NCBI GenBank assembly: GCA_016202815.1
Contig: JACQNZ010000007.1
Location: forward strand, 20,704 to 84,703
Length of the DNA stretch: 64,000 nucleotides
From: Candidatus Aenigmatarchaeota archaeon
GTDB lineage: Archaea; Aenigmatarchaeota; Aenigmatarchaeia; JACPZZ01
Reading direction: 5' to 3'
The notes beneath the pieces were generated by a model. That model had not been told where the DNA came from, did not search any database, and was given only the letters and a program-made list of their open reading frames with translations. Positions 17,492-25,843 of this stretch are shown piece after piece. A program made the position numbers and the translations under genes. Numbering within the stretch: position 1 is the stretch's first letter; each line of letters opens with the position of its first letter.

Positions 17492-17830
17492 ATGGTTTTT
17501 GAAAAACTTTTTAAGAAAAAAGGCGACATCGGGACAACGGAATACATCGAAGTTGACAGCGAGGCCATGGACACTTCTGCCGGAAAGATGTCGATCCGCG
17601 TTGAGACGTTAAACGATTTCAACGACACCGAAAGGATACAGAAATACCTGCGCGAAGGCTCGATAATACTCCTTAAGATAAAGAAGCTGCGCGACCGCGA
17701 CCTTGGCGAATTAAAACGCTCGGTCGAAAAGCTTCGAAGAACTTCAAATGCGATCAACGGCGACATCGCAGGCGTCGAAGAAGACTGGTTAATCGTCTGC
17801 CCGCAGTACGCGAAAGTGCACCGCGGCTAA
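17492..17830 (+). CDS. sepF: SepF-like cell division protein
   Basis: A 112-aa protein: EYIEVD..IRVETLNDFNDTERIQKYLREGSIILLKIKKLRDRDLGELKRSVEKLRRTSNAINGDIAGVEEDWLIVCP, which fits the archaeal SepF/DUF552 pattern. Confidence 0.65.
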   Translation: MVFEKLFKKKGDIGTTEYIEVDSEAMDTSAGKMSIRVETLNDFNDTERIQKYLREGSIILLKIKKLRDRDLGELKRSVEKLRRTSNAINGDIAGVEEDWLIVCPQYAKVHRG

Positions 17831-17969
17831 AAATATTTTCGTGCAGCGCAGTTTGCCTGTAAAAGGCTTTGACGCTTAATTGAACATTTTTCCTACTACC
17901 AGCAGGACTATCTTCAATCCAACCTTGCGGAATGTTTTACCGGAACCGGCAATCGCACCATCGCGGTTT

Positions 17970-18623
17970 TTAATTTCTTCCGATGCTGCCCATAAAATCG
18001 CTTCCTTCGTCCGGTTTTACAGGGTTGCCTTCCCCGTAGACACGGGTTATCAGCGGTTTTCCCCTGCTGGACACCATGGGGTTCAGGTCAACTATGGTTT
18101 CCAGCACAGGAACTTCATGCCCTTCGACCATGTATTCGACAAAGCCCCTGAGGCGTATCCTTACAAGGTTGTCCGCGATTACGAAAGCGGGAAGATCCTT
18201 CACCATTATGTCATGGATCCTCAAAGCCAGCGTTAAATTATCCGTTACAAATAACACCTCTTCTTCCTGGACATAATGGGGCGTTTCCATTACAGGGCCA
18301 TGTCGCCTGCGCGACCGCGAAGCGCGGGCAAAGGTCTCAACGCGCTGCCCTGCCCTGTACCTTACAAGCCCGTAAAAATTCGTGAAAGGATCGTCTGGCG
18401 ACATTTCCCCCCTCTCCACGTAAACGCCCATTGAACGATGATCGATGCCTTTTATTGGCATCCTGGTTGTTTTCTTGTAAGACTCGGCTGTCAATTCCTG
18501 CTGAAGCTCGTTCCAGCGGTTTTCTATCTCCCTTTCATATCTGTCAGCATCGTATAATGTAGGAAAATCGCCCTTCCTTACCCTGGGTGAAAACCTGTTT
18601 GCGTACACACATAATTCAGGCAT
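17970..18623 (-). CDS. Uncharacterised paralog 5 of the five-gene array (217 aa)
   Basis: MPELCVYANRFSPRV, YEREIENRWNELQQE and EEEVLFVTDN..IHDIMVKDLPAFV are shared with the four upstream genes. GAGGT lies 3-7 nt before the ATG. Confidence 0.7.
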   Translation of the reverse strand: MPELCVYANRFSPRVRKGDFPTLYDADRYEREIENRWNELQQELTAESYKKTTRMPIKGIDHRSMGVYVERGEMSPDDPFTNFYGLVRYRAGQRVETFARASRSRRRHGPVMETPHYVQEEEVLFVTDNLTLALRIHDIMVKDLPAFVIADNLVRIRLRGFVEYMVEGHEVPVLETIVDLNPMVSSRGKPLITRVYGEGNPVKPDEGSDFMGSIGRN

Positions 18624-18661
18624 GATACCTCAATAGGGGCAAAGCTTTAAATCATGAAAAT

Positions 18662-19270
18662 CTAGCCGAACCGCGCGCGCGCAACGGCTATTACGTCCCC
18701 CACCAACGGCCCGTCGCTGTAAAAAATATCAAATTCTCCCGTTCCGTCCAGTTTTATGTCAATCCGTTTAGGCCTTTGCGCAATTATGCCGTCCGGCAAA
18801 CCTGTTTCCATTATCTCCATTACATCCCGGCAAAATCCCTCGACGTCTGCTACAAGATACAGCTCCATATCAGGACTGTAAACAGGTTTTTTACCCGGCC
18901 GTATTATAGCCTCATCGCCAAGGTGCGTTGCGAGCAGGTATGTTCTTGCGGTTTCAGGAAGGAGCGGAGAGCCTATAAAGCCCGGATCTGCAACAGTGTC
19001 CATTGAGGTGCCTGTAACAACAGGTTCCCACAGATCGCCGGTTTCCACACTCAGGCATCTTTCACCGTATCCCGTAGACGGAGATTTCACAGTCCTGGAT
19101 TTTGCCGCCCTGCCCAAATATCCCTGTAGTTCGCAGAACCTGTAACCCATTTCCTCGCTGAAAAGCTGCGCTGCCCATGGCTTTGGCCTTCCGTTCTTGA
19201 ATGCGACAGGCTCGAACCTGCGGGCGTAATAAAAGAAATTGGTCCTGGCGGAATCGCCCGACGCCTGCAT
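18662..19270 (-). CDS. Uncharacterised paralog 4 of the five-gene array (about 202 aa)
   Basis: NFFYYARRFEPVAF, FSEEMGYRFCELQGY and DMELYLVADVEGFCRDVMEIMETGLPDGI. The ATG at 19270 is preferred over the TTG at 19276. Confidence 0.7.
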   Translation of the reverse strand: MQASGDSARTNFFYYARRFEPVAFKNGRPKPWAAQLFSEEMGYRFCELQGYLGRAAKSRTVKSPSTGYGERCLSVETGDLWEPVVTGTSMDTVADPGFIGSPLLPETARTYLLATHLGDEAIIRPGKKPVYSPDMELYLVADVEGFCRDVMEIMETGLPDGIIAQRPKRIDIKLDGTGEFDIFYSDGPLVGDVIAVARARFG

Positions 19271-19308
19271 AAACAAATATTGAAAAGCAAATATTTAAGC
19301 GACGGATG

Positions 19309-19824
19309 TCATAACCCGCCCGAACGGACGCGTATCGAGAAGCCGTCTTCCATGTCAACGGAGTAAAGCCTCGAAGCGCGCGAAACCGAAATTCCCGGTG
19401 GCAGGTTTTTTTCCACAATCTTCCTCACATCTTCAACAACTTCTCCGTAATCTTTCACGGAAAAAAGAACCTCCATTTCACGGTCGATGCCGCAGCCTGT
19501 CCCGCTGATAACGCGGACGGCGTCGTAAATGCCCACAAGGCCGTAGTTTTTCGGCGGCAGGAGCAAGCCGCCTTTCACAGGCATCACAATGCCGCCTTCA
19601 CTGTGCTTCCAGAGGCTCATGCCTTCCACGACCTCGCTGTCTTCCGCGCACGCGGACCTCTGCGCGAACGTGTCAATATATCCCTGCAGTTCGCTCCATC
19701 TCATGTCCATTTCGATTTCAAAACCGCGGACGATGTCCGGGTTCGCGAACCTTACGCCTGCCAGGGGTTTCGGAGATAACATAACAGAATAGGTGTGCAG
19801 TTTGCCGCGCGCAGGTTCGTACAT
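19309..19824 (-). CDS. Uncharacterised paralog 3 of the five-gene array (171 aa)
   Basis: LHTYSVMLSPKPL, FEIEMDMRWSELQGY and EMEVLFSVKDYGEVVEDVRKIVEKNLPPGI. Confidence 0.7.
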   Translation of the reverse strand: MYEPARGKLHTYSVMLSPKPLAGVRFANPDIVRGFEIEMDMRWSELQGYIDTFAQRSACAEDSEVVEGMSLWKHSEGGIVMPVKGGLLLPPKNYGLVGIYDAVRVISGTGCGIDREMEVLFSVKDYGEVVEDVRKIVEKNLPPGISVSRASRLYSVDMEDGFSIRVRSGGL

Positions 19825-19862
19825 CTTGCTTCAAGCAAAGATAGCATGATAAGAATTAAATA

Positions 19863-20342
19863 TCAAGCCGTTGCCATGAGTTCGCGCTCCAGCTCTTCGT
19901 TTATGCGCCTGTCCTGTGCGACCCAAACACCGTAACCGGTGAAAACGGGGAACAATATTTCAGAAGGCCCCATCCTGCGCACGCTTCGCATGGGCGATCC
20001 CATTTTCCGCCTGAATTCTTCCACAAGTCCTTCGTCAAATGAGCACACTGCTATGTCGTACTGCGCGGCCCACAAAACAGGATTTTTTTGGGCTTTTGAG
20101 TTGCGGAAATATATCCCTGCGGCGTAAACGCTTCCGCCCCCTGAAAGGTTCGCGCAGCTGGCAATTCCGGCGCCTTCTTCCGCGGGAAGTTTTTTAGGCA
20201 AACTTGCCGCCCCGAGCGAACGAAACACTTCCATGGTCCGGTCCTGGATCTCGTCCCAGTAAGCTGAAAAATTTCCAGAACCGGAAAGGCCGTCGACCGG
20301 CGCAAAACTTGCGGAGTACGATGGCAGGAACACAGCCGGCAT
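19863..20342 (-). CDS. Uncharacterised paralog 2 of the five-gene array (159 aa; the most divergent member)
   Basis: MPAVFLPSYSASFAPV, FSAYWDEIQDRTMEVF and YDIAVCSFDEGLVEEFRRKMGSPMRSV. Confidence 0.65.
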   Translation of the reverse strand: MPAVFLPSYSASFAPVDGLSGSGNFSAYWDEIQDRTMEVFRSLGAASLPKKLPAEEGAGIASCANLSGGGSVYAAGIYFRNSKAQKNPVLWAAQYDIAVCSFDEGLVEEFRRKMGSPMRSVRRMGPSEILFPVFTGYGVWVAQDRRINEELERELMATA

Positions 20343-20370
20343 AAGAAATAATCATGCTTCACGGATTTAT

Positions 20371-20853
20371 TTACCTGAAAATTTGTTTTCTTCTCGCCGC
20401 GATCGCGTAAACGTCTTCCAAAGACCATACGAACAGGCGCTGCGCCTCGAGCTTGGCTATCCAATCCGGCAAACCTGTTTCCATCCTCGCCTTCACGCCG
20501 TCCACGAATCCGCGGTCGCCGGAAAATATTCCCAGCTCGACGTCGCGGATGTCGCCTTCTGCGATTGTTTCAAAATCCCCGCACACTTCAACGTTTCCGG
20601 AATGGTGCACGCCTCGAATAAGATACGGGTCGCCCTGTTTCGTTGTCCCGACGGCAGTGTATTCGCCTCCCTTCTGCAGAAGGCCGTAACCGGAAACGTA
20701 TTGCAATACCTGCGTGCCGTTTACGAGGTTCAGCACGCGCAAGAACCTTTTCCCCATTTCCCGCTGGAAATTTTTTGAAGGGTCGACCTGCTCATAAGCT
20801 TCGGCGGCCCGCAGCACAGGGACAAACCTTGAAACGTAAACCGCTGCAGGCAT
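20371..20853 (-). CDS. Uncharacterised paralog 1 of the five-gene array (about 160 aa)
   Basis: MPAAVYVSRFVPV, FQREMGKRFLRVL and DVELGIFSGDRGFVDGVKARMETGLPDWI. The ATG at 20853 is preferred over the GTG at 20868. A TTTTAAATTTAT box lies about 25-30 nt upstream. Confidence 0.7.
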   Translation of the reverse strand: MPAAVYVSRFVPVLRAAEAYEQVDPSKNFQREMGKRFLRVLNLVNGTQVLQYVSGYGLLQKGGEYTAVGTTKQGDPYLIRGVHHSGNVEVCGDFETIAEGDIRDVELGIFSGDRGFVDGVKARMETGLPDWIAKLEAQRLFVWSLEDVYAIAARRKQIFR

Positions 20854-20976
20854 TCGATTAATTCGCACCGCATAAATTTAAAACGTCCGGTCAAATTTTT
20901 TCGATTTCTCGCAGTTGCTCCAAAATGACATCCAAATCCACAAAAGGTTTTAAAGAAGCCGGAACAAGTGGATTAA

Positions 20977-21324
20977 ATGGATCTTTCCGAACTCAAAAAT
21001 CTTTTAAAAGGTTACAAGAGACCCGATGTGGAGTTTGGTTCCCATTCCGATATCCGCATCGCAGAAAGGGAACTGGAAAAGGAAGAGGTTATCAGGAACC
21101 TGCTAAACCCCGAAAATCTGATAGATTTTGAGGAGCAGCCCGCAAGGCGCGAAGGAGAAAGGAAATTCAAGCTCATCTTTGATAAAAGCAACACATCGTC
21201 CCTGATTATCATGGCGGTGCTAACGCCAGATCATAAAATCAAGGTTCCTACGGTAATTAACAGGATGCGCAAGTGGCATAAAATAATCAAAGACTGCCAG
21301 AAAAGCCTTTTCGGAAGGCTTTAA
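20977..21324 (+). CDS. DUF4258-like putative toxin
   Basis: EFGSHSDIRIAERELEKEEVIRNLLNPENLIDFEE..KFKLIFDKSNTSSLIIMAVLTPDHKIKVPTVI follows the DUF4258 pattern (H-x3-R..R.i, then a beta-rich core). It is paired with a DUF2283 gene. Confidence 0.5.
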   Translation: MDLSELKNLLKGYKRPDVEFGSHSDIRIAERELEKEEVIRNLLNPENLIDFEEQPARREGERKFKLIFDKSNTSSLIIMAVLTPDHKIKVPTVINRMRKWHKIIKDCQKSLFGRL

Positions 21325-21362
21325 TACCGGTTGTCAGGTGTAATATTATTAAGTGATGCGAG

Positions 21363-21686
21363 ATGGCGAAACAATTCGTTTTTGACTATGACGATGAATC
21401 CGATTCCGTATTCATCAAAACAAAAGATGCTAAAATCAAAGGCAGCGTCGACATAGGAGACTACATAATTGATTTTACTCCGGAAGGAAAGATAGCGGGT
21501 CTGGAGATACTCAATCTTTCCAAAAACTTCAGGGACCTGCCAAAAGAAATAGAATTTGCTGATTGCCGGTTTGAAGTCAGGTACGCAAAAGACTATACCG
21601 TCATCATATTCTCTGCAATCCTTAAAACCGGCGAAAAGATACAAACCAACGTGCCTATTCTGGCCGCGATACCAGTAGGCCGCTAA
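21363..21686 (+). CDS. DUF2283-family protein (putative antitoxin partner)
   Basis: FVFDYDDESDSVFIKTKD..GSVDIGDYIIDFTPEGKIAGLEILNLSKN matches the DUF2283 signature (YD.e.D.lyi ... G.i.GiEil.as). Confidence 0.65.
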   Translation: MAKQFVFDYDDESDSVFIKTKDAKIKGSVDIGDYIIDFTPEGKIAGLEILNLSKNFRDLPKEIEFADCRFEVRYAKDYTVIIFSAILKTGEKIQTNVPILAAIPVGR

Positions 21687-21696
21687 ACTTGATTTC

Positions 21697-23583
21697 TCAT
21701 TTCAGCCTTATAACGTCAAGGACCCGCGGCGCTATCGCATCGCATTTGAACATCTTGTGCAGCGTTTTTGCGAAATCGTTCGCCTTCGACGGGTCTAAAT
21801 GGCACAAGACTATCCTTTCAGGCCGTGAATGGAGCTTGTATATGAAATTAATCAATTTCGCGCGGTCGGAGTGGCCTGACAGGCCTTCCACAGTGTCGAC
21901 TTCCATGTTTATCTTCAATGTCGTTGTTTTTCCGTTTTCCGTCTGCACAGGCAGTTCGCGCCAGCCCTTTTGTATGCGGTTTCCTAAAGTTCCCGCGCCC
22001 TGATAGCCGACGAATAACAAACCGTTTTTCGGGTCCTCGGCAAACGCTTTCAGGTATTCAACGGCAGGCCCGCCTATCAGCATGCCTGATGTTGCTATGA
22101 CGACACAAGGCTCTTTCGAATTCATGACTTCTTCGCGCTCTTTCTGCGAGGCGATGCGCTTGAATATTGGCGACAAAAACGGGTTTTCACCCTCGTGGAA
22201 CGTTTTCCGCTGAATCTCGCGCGACATGAATTCAGGGTATACCGTGTACACGGCCGCGGCGTCCCAGAGCATGCCATCGAGGTAAATGGGCTTGTCGAAT
22301 TTGTTTTCCTGCAATATGATCATAAGTTCCTGCGCACGCTCCACTGCGAACGAAGGAATCAAAACTTTTCCGCCGCGCTGCATGACCTTGTCAACTTTTG
22401 TAAGCAGCGATTTCTCCGCATCCATCCTGCTTGGGAGCACGTCGCCGGAACCTCCATACGTTGATTCTATGATCAGGGTCTCTACGCGCGCGAAATCCGT
22501 CGACGCCTGCTCGAACACGCGGGACTTTTCATAGCGCAGGTCGCCTGTGTACAAGATGTTGTAAAGACCGTCACCGATGTGAAGGTGCACCAACGCTGAA
22601 CCGAGCAGGTGGCCGGCGTTTTGAAGCGTCAACCGCACGTCAGGCGTGATGTCGGAAACTTCGCCGTAATCGAGCGTGATGCAATGTTTGACAGCTTCCT
22701 TTACGCCCTTGCTTGTGTACGGCACAAACCGGCCTTCGCGCTGGCAGACGTCTATGTAATCCAGACATAACATGACCATCAAGTCCCGCGTGGGTGCTGT
22801 GGTGTACAAAGGGCCCTTGAATCCCTGCTCGTACAAAAACGGGACCATCCCGGAATGGTCCAGATGCGCGTGGCTTAGCACGACAGCATCGAGCTTCGAT
22901 ATGTCAAACTCGGGCGCGTTGAAATACGGGTACTGGTTAGAGGAAACGTCTGCGCCGCAGTCGATCAGGATATTGGATTCAGGCGTTTGTATCAAACCGC
23001 ACGAACGGCCGACCTCGCGGTAACCGCCCAACGCAGACAACCGGATCCACTGCTCGCCCGGCTTTTTGGGCGCGTGTATGCGCATGCCGACTTTGTTCAA
23101 AAAATCCTTCCTGTATTTTGTTTCAGAGTGCAGCGTCTTCCTAACTGAAGAAACTATATCGGATTTTAAAATGGGCGCGCGTTCCACCTGCGGGCTCCAG
23201 AAAATGGTGGACTTGATCGTCCGCAGCGTCTCGCCGCCCTTTCCGATGACCAAACCCGGCTTTTCAGCCTCGATAATCACTTTCCCAAGTTCAGGTTCGA
23301 AATAAATGTCGCGTATCTTCGCGTCTTCGGGGACGATTTCCTTTATCTTCGCCGTTGCTGCCTCTATTTCCATCGTTATCGACAAATCCGGACGAATTTC
23401 GATGCGCTTCTTTAATTCGTCGACGAGCTTGCGGACAGCCATCCCGTTCTGCGTGTAAAAGTCCTTGCTCTTCGTGTATACAACAATTTCCGAGCCTTCG
23501 AACGATGTGTCTGATATGTCCGCATCCGGCGGAAGACCTTCCTTTATCTTGTCAAATATTTCCATGCGCTTTTCCCCTTTCAA
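21697..23583 (-). CDS. aCPSF1/FttA-type beta-CASP ribonuclease (2 KH + metallo-beta-lactamase + beta-CASP)
   Basis: The N-terminal KH region is VIGKGGETLRTIK. The MBL motif is VVLSHAHLDHSG, and beta-CASP continues to GLSGHSD. At 628 aa the size is typical. An alternative start is the ATG at 23565. Confidence 0.9.
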   Translation of the reverse strand: MKGEKRMEIFDKIKEGLPPDADISDTSFEGSEIVVYTKSKDFYTQNGMAVRKLVDELKKRIEIRPDLSITMEIEAATAKIKEIVPEDAKIRDIYFEPELGKVIIEAEKPGLVIGKGGETLRTIKSTIFWSPQVERAPILKSDIVSSVRKTLHSETKYRKDFLNKVGMRIHAPKKPGEQWIRLSALGGYREVGRSCGLIQTPESNILIDCGADVSSNQYPYFNAPEFDISKLDAVVLSHAHLDHSGMVPFLYEQGFKGPLYTTAPTRDLMVMLCLDYIDVCQREGRFVPYTSKGVKEAVKHCITLDYGEVSDITPDVRLTLQNAGHLLGSALVHLHIGDGLYNILYTGDLRYEKSRVFEQASTDFARVETLIIESTYGGSGDVLPSRMDAEKSLLTKVDKVMQRGGKVLIPSFAVERAQELMIILQENKFDKPIYLDGMLWDAAAVYTVYPEFMSREIQRKTFHEGENPFLSPIFKRIASQKEREEVMNSKEPCVVIATSGMLIGGPAVEYLKAFAEDPKNGLLFVGYQGAGTLGNRIQKGWRELPVQTENGKTTTLKINMEVDTVEGLSGHSDRAKLINFIYKLHSRPERIVLCHLDPSKANDFAKTLHKMFKCDAIAPRVLDVIRLK

Positions 23584-23659
23584 TAATTGTTTCCCACGAA
23601 ACCGTTGCTTGAATTCCCAAACAGTTTTGCAAAATCAGGCGTGTTAAAAACTTATTTCC

Positions 23660-24286
23660 TCAATTACCCAAGTCGTCGCCTTTGAGGCGCTTTATTCCTT
23701 CAGCCTTGATTATCATTATGTCTATGCCTTTGCCGCCCGAGCCTATATCGCGCTCTATGGCGGCTTTAATGGCGCGCACCGCAAGCTTTGCCGCCTCTTC
23801 CGTTGTTATGTTCTGCTTGTACGAATCTTCCAGGACACCCAGCGCATAAGGCGAACCGGATCCTGTGGAGAAGAATTTTCTCTCTTCGTCATACGCTCCT
23901 AACGCGTCCATTGGATAAATTACGGCACCCTTCGAATCGACGCCGCCCAAAATCAGTTGAACCATGTACGGGACGTAAGACCACCGGCCGCCTTGCAATA
24001 TGTTTGAAAGAAGCGTGGCAGCGCCCTTGACCGTCAAAGGCTTCTGGTTCTGTATCTTGAACAATTTCAATTCCGCCCGCAAATACCGGACAAGCGCCTG
24101 TGCGTCGCCGGCTGCGCCGGCTATCGTCAAGCCGATAGCATCGTCGACTTCGTAGATTTTTTCAGATTCCTTGGACGCTATAAGATAGCCCATTGTGGAC
24201 TTCTTTTCCGCGGCCATGACCACACCGTCCTTGCAGACTATGCCCACGGTCGTTGTCCCGGTCTTCAATACCTGTATCTCTGTCAT
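23660..24286 (-). CDS. psmB: Proteasome beta subunit
   Basis: The propeptide is MTEIQVLKTG, followed by the catalytic TTTVGIVCKDGVVMAAEKK. Also present: GLTIAGAAGDAQ and FFSTGSGSPYALGVLE. Confidence 0.92.
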   Translation of the reverse strand: MTEIQVLKTGTTTVGIVCKDGVVMAAEKKSTMGYLIASKESEKIYEVDDAIGLTIAGAAGDAQALVRYLRAELKLFKIQNQKPLTVKGAATLLSNILQGGRWSYVPYMVQLILGGVDSKGAVIYPMDALGAYDEERKFFSTGSGSPYALGVLEDSYKQNITTEEAAKLAVRAIKAAIERDIGSGGKGIDIMIIKAEGIKRLKGDDLGN

Positions 24287-24471
24287 TTCAAAACACGCAT
24301 TAATTTTGTTAAAATAATTTTGTCGGCTTTTATAATCCGTGTTAACTACCGTTTACTTCCTGCCGCGTTACGCAATATGTTATTCCAAATGTAGGATAAC
24401 GCCAACAGAAATTCAAAACCAACTTACCTATGTATGGGATATTGTATTTAAATACGTATTGGTGGCAGCGG

Positions 24472-24524
24472 CTTTGCACCTTAAGTTTCGGTTGCACTTA
24501 AAGTCTGAAGGTTGCACTTAAAGT
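24472..24524. repeat. Iteron-like direct repeats (GGTTGCACTTAAAGT x2 perfect, plus one imperfect copy)
   Basis: Perfect 15-mers lie at 24490-24504 and 24510-24524 (20-bp period). CTTTGCACCTTAAGT at 24472-24486 is an imperfect copy. A partial GTTGCA occurs again at 24533-24538. Confidence 0.65.
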
Positions 24525-24525
24525 G

Positions 24526-24906
24526 TTATAGCGTTGCATCTTTTCCAAACTCGTTAACATCTGCGGTTGATAATAGAAACATTGTATCTATCCGGAGATG
24601 TTTAAAAATATCGTTTGGGTCAAGTATTTTTAATTTTGGCTCATTTTTCATATCGTGAACAACATATATGTAATAATTCGATAGGTCTTTACCAAGATTT
24701 CTTACGATAGAATTGTTTATCCAAATCCAGCTTGCTCTCTTATCCGACTGTCCTTTGACCTCGATGCAACGATCATCGGATTTAACATCATATCCGATTT
24801 TCTTTCTACTTACGTCTTCGGGATGCCTTCCTTGTTTTCTTTCATAATCCATTACAATTTTCATAGCTCTTTGTTCGACAGAATTTGGCATCGTTTTCGC
24901 TTCCAA
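24526..24906 (-). CDS. DUF3883-like (PD-(D/E)xK nuclease fold) protein
   Basis: IGYDVKSDDRCIEVKGQSDKRASWIWINNSIVRNLGKDLSNYYIYVVHD resembles the DUF3883 core (GyD..s...r.IEVKg......i.ls.nE......Y.LyvV). The locus is AT-rich. A possible alternative start is the ATG at 24891. Confidence 0.5.
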   Translation of the reverse strand: MEAKTMPNSVEQRAMKIVMDYERKQGRHPEDVSRKKIGYDVKSDDRCIEVKGQSDKRASWIWINNSIVRNLGKDLSNYYIYVVHDMKNEPKLKILDPNDIFKHLRIDTMFLLSTADVNEFGKDATL

Positions 24907-25100
24907 ACAAACTTAAGTGTCTGACTCGCTAATTATTGTTAGCCTGCAGAATTTTGGAGCTGTTTCAGGCAATTATCGTGGAGCCAAAAACGGTCATAAG
25001 CCGTAATTGGCCGAGAGAGGCGGGCACTTCCAAACACCTTCGCCTTTTACCCTTCTTGTTTATCCTTTTTTACCGAAAACAGTTACTCCTGTTCTGTAGG

Positions 25101-25655
25101 CTATGTGAACTTCGACAGTTCCTCCTTCAATACTTCTACAGCATATCTTTCGCCCTGTGGAGTTGTTTGGAAAGTTTTTTTACCTAACGGTTTAACGATA
25201 AGGCGTTTGTCAGTCAAAGTTCGAGTTGTATTTGATATGTTTTTTGTATCAACACCACTGGATTTCATTTGCGTTGTAACGCGCTCTGATGTAATTTCCT
25301 TTGTGCCGTAGAATTTAGACAGAGCATAAGCTATCACCATAAATGCCTTTGACTGACTTTCCACCAATGAATCCGCTTCTATCCTGAACAGTATCATAGG
25401 ACCGTCTTTTTCAAATCTTAGGAGATGTTCCAAGGACTCTCTGGTGAACTCGCTTCCCTGTGATTCTGTCTGCACCGCAGTAGACGGCGCAATGATCGCA
25501 TCGTTTCCACCTATTGGTGTCAAAGATACAGAACTGCCGCCTAAACGATCGATAACGGCTTTAATGTCTGTAGCCTTAGTTTCCACCTCTTCAGCCGTTT
25601 GACCCTCTATCTCGAATACCGTATTCTTATACACCATTTTGATCTTTATCGTCAT
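25101..25655 (-). CDS. Hypothetical protein (184 aa), possible C-terminal wHTH
   Basis: A long ORF in the AT-rich islet with no motif I can assign. The C-terminal part ISNTTRTLTDKRLIVKPLGKKTFQTTPQGERYAVEVL looks wing-helix-like. Confidence 0.45.
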   Translation of the reverse strand: MTIKIKMVYKNTVFEIEGQTAEEVETKATDIKAVIDRLGGSSVSLTPIGGNDAIIAPSTAVQTESQGSEFTRESLEHLLRFEKDGPMILFRIEADSLVESQSKAFMVIAYALSKFYGTKEITSERVTTQMKSSGVDTKNISNTTRTLTDKRLIVKPLGKKTFQTTPQGERYAVEVLKEELSKFT

Positions 25656-25808
25656 TTTATCACCTTTACTATACTTCTATATGCTGTTTTGATTCCATAT
25701 CGAATCACACGAAGGGATTTTGCCTTTCAATTTGTTATGGTTGTTCATGAATTCAATACTAATCCGGTTACACTATTTAAATGATGAGCAGTTTACTAAA
25801 AAGAATAC

Positions 25809-25843
25809 TAAATAGTATATCATTTAGTATCGTAAATAGTATA
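25809..25843. promoter_or_regulatory. Operator-like direct repeats TAAATAGTATA x2 in a divergent intergenic region
   Basis: Exact 11-mers lie at 25809-25819 and 25833-25843, with a TTTAGTAT half-site between them. The region lies between the 184-aa gene and the small wHTH gene. Confidence 0.35.

Noticed and set aside
17880-18236. 118-aa + strand ORF downstream of sepF
   Set aside because: It overlaps the 3' half of paralog 5 on the opposite strand. Paralog 5 shares family motifs with four neighbours, and this ORF has none.
24472-24540. Possible CRISPR array
   Set aside because: There are only two perfect copies and one or two degenerate copies of a 15-mer, with 3-5-bp gaps instead of spacers of about 30 bp or more. 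There are no cas genes. It is better described as iteron-like repeats.
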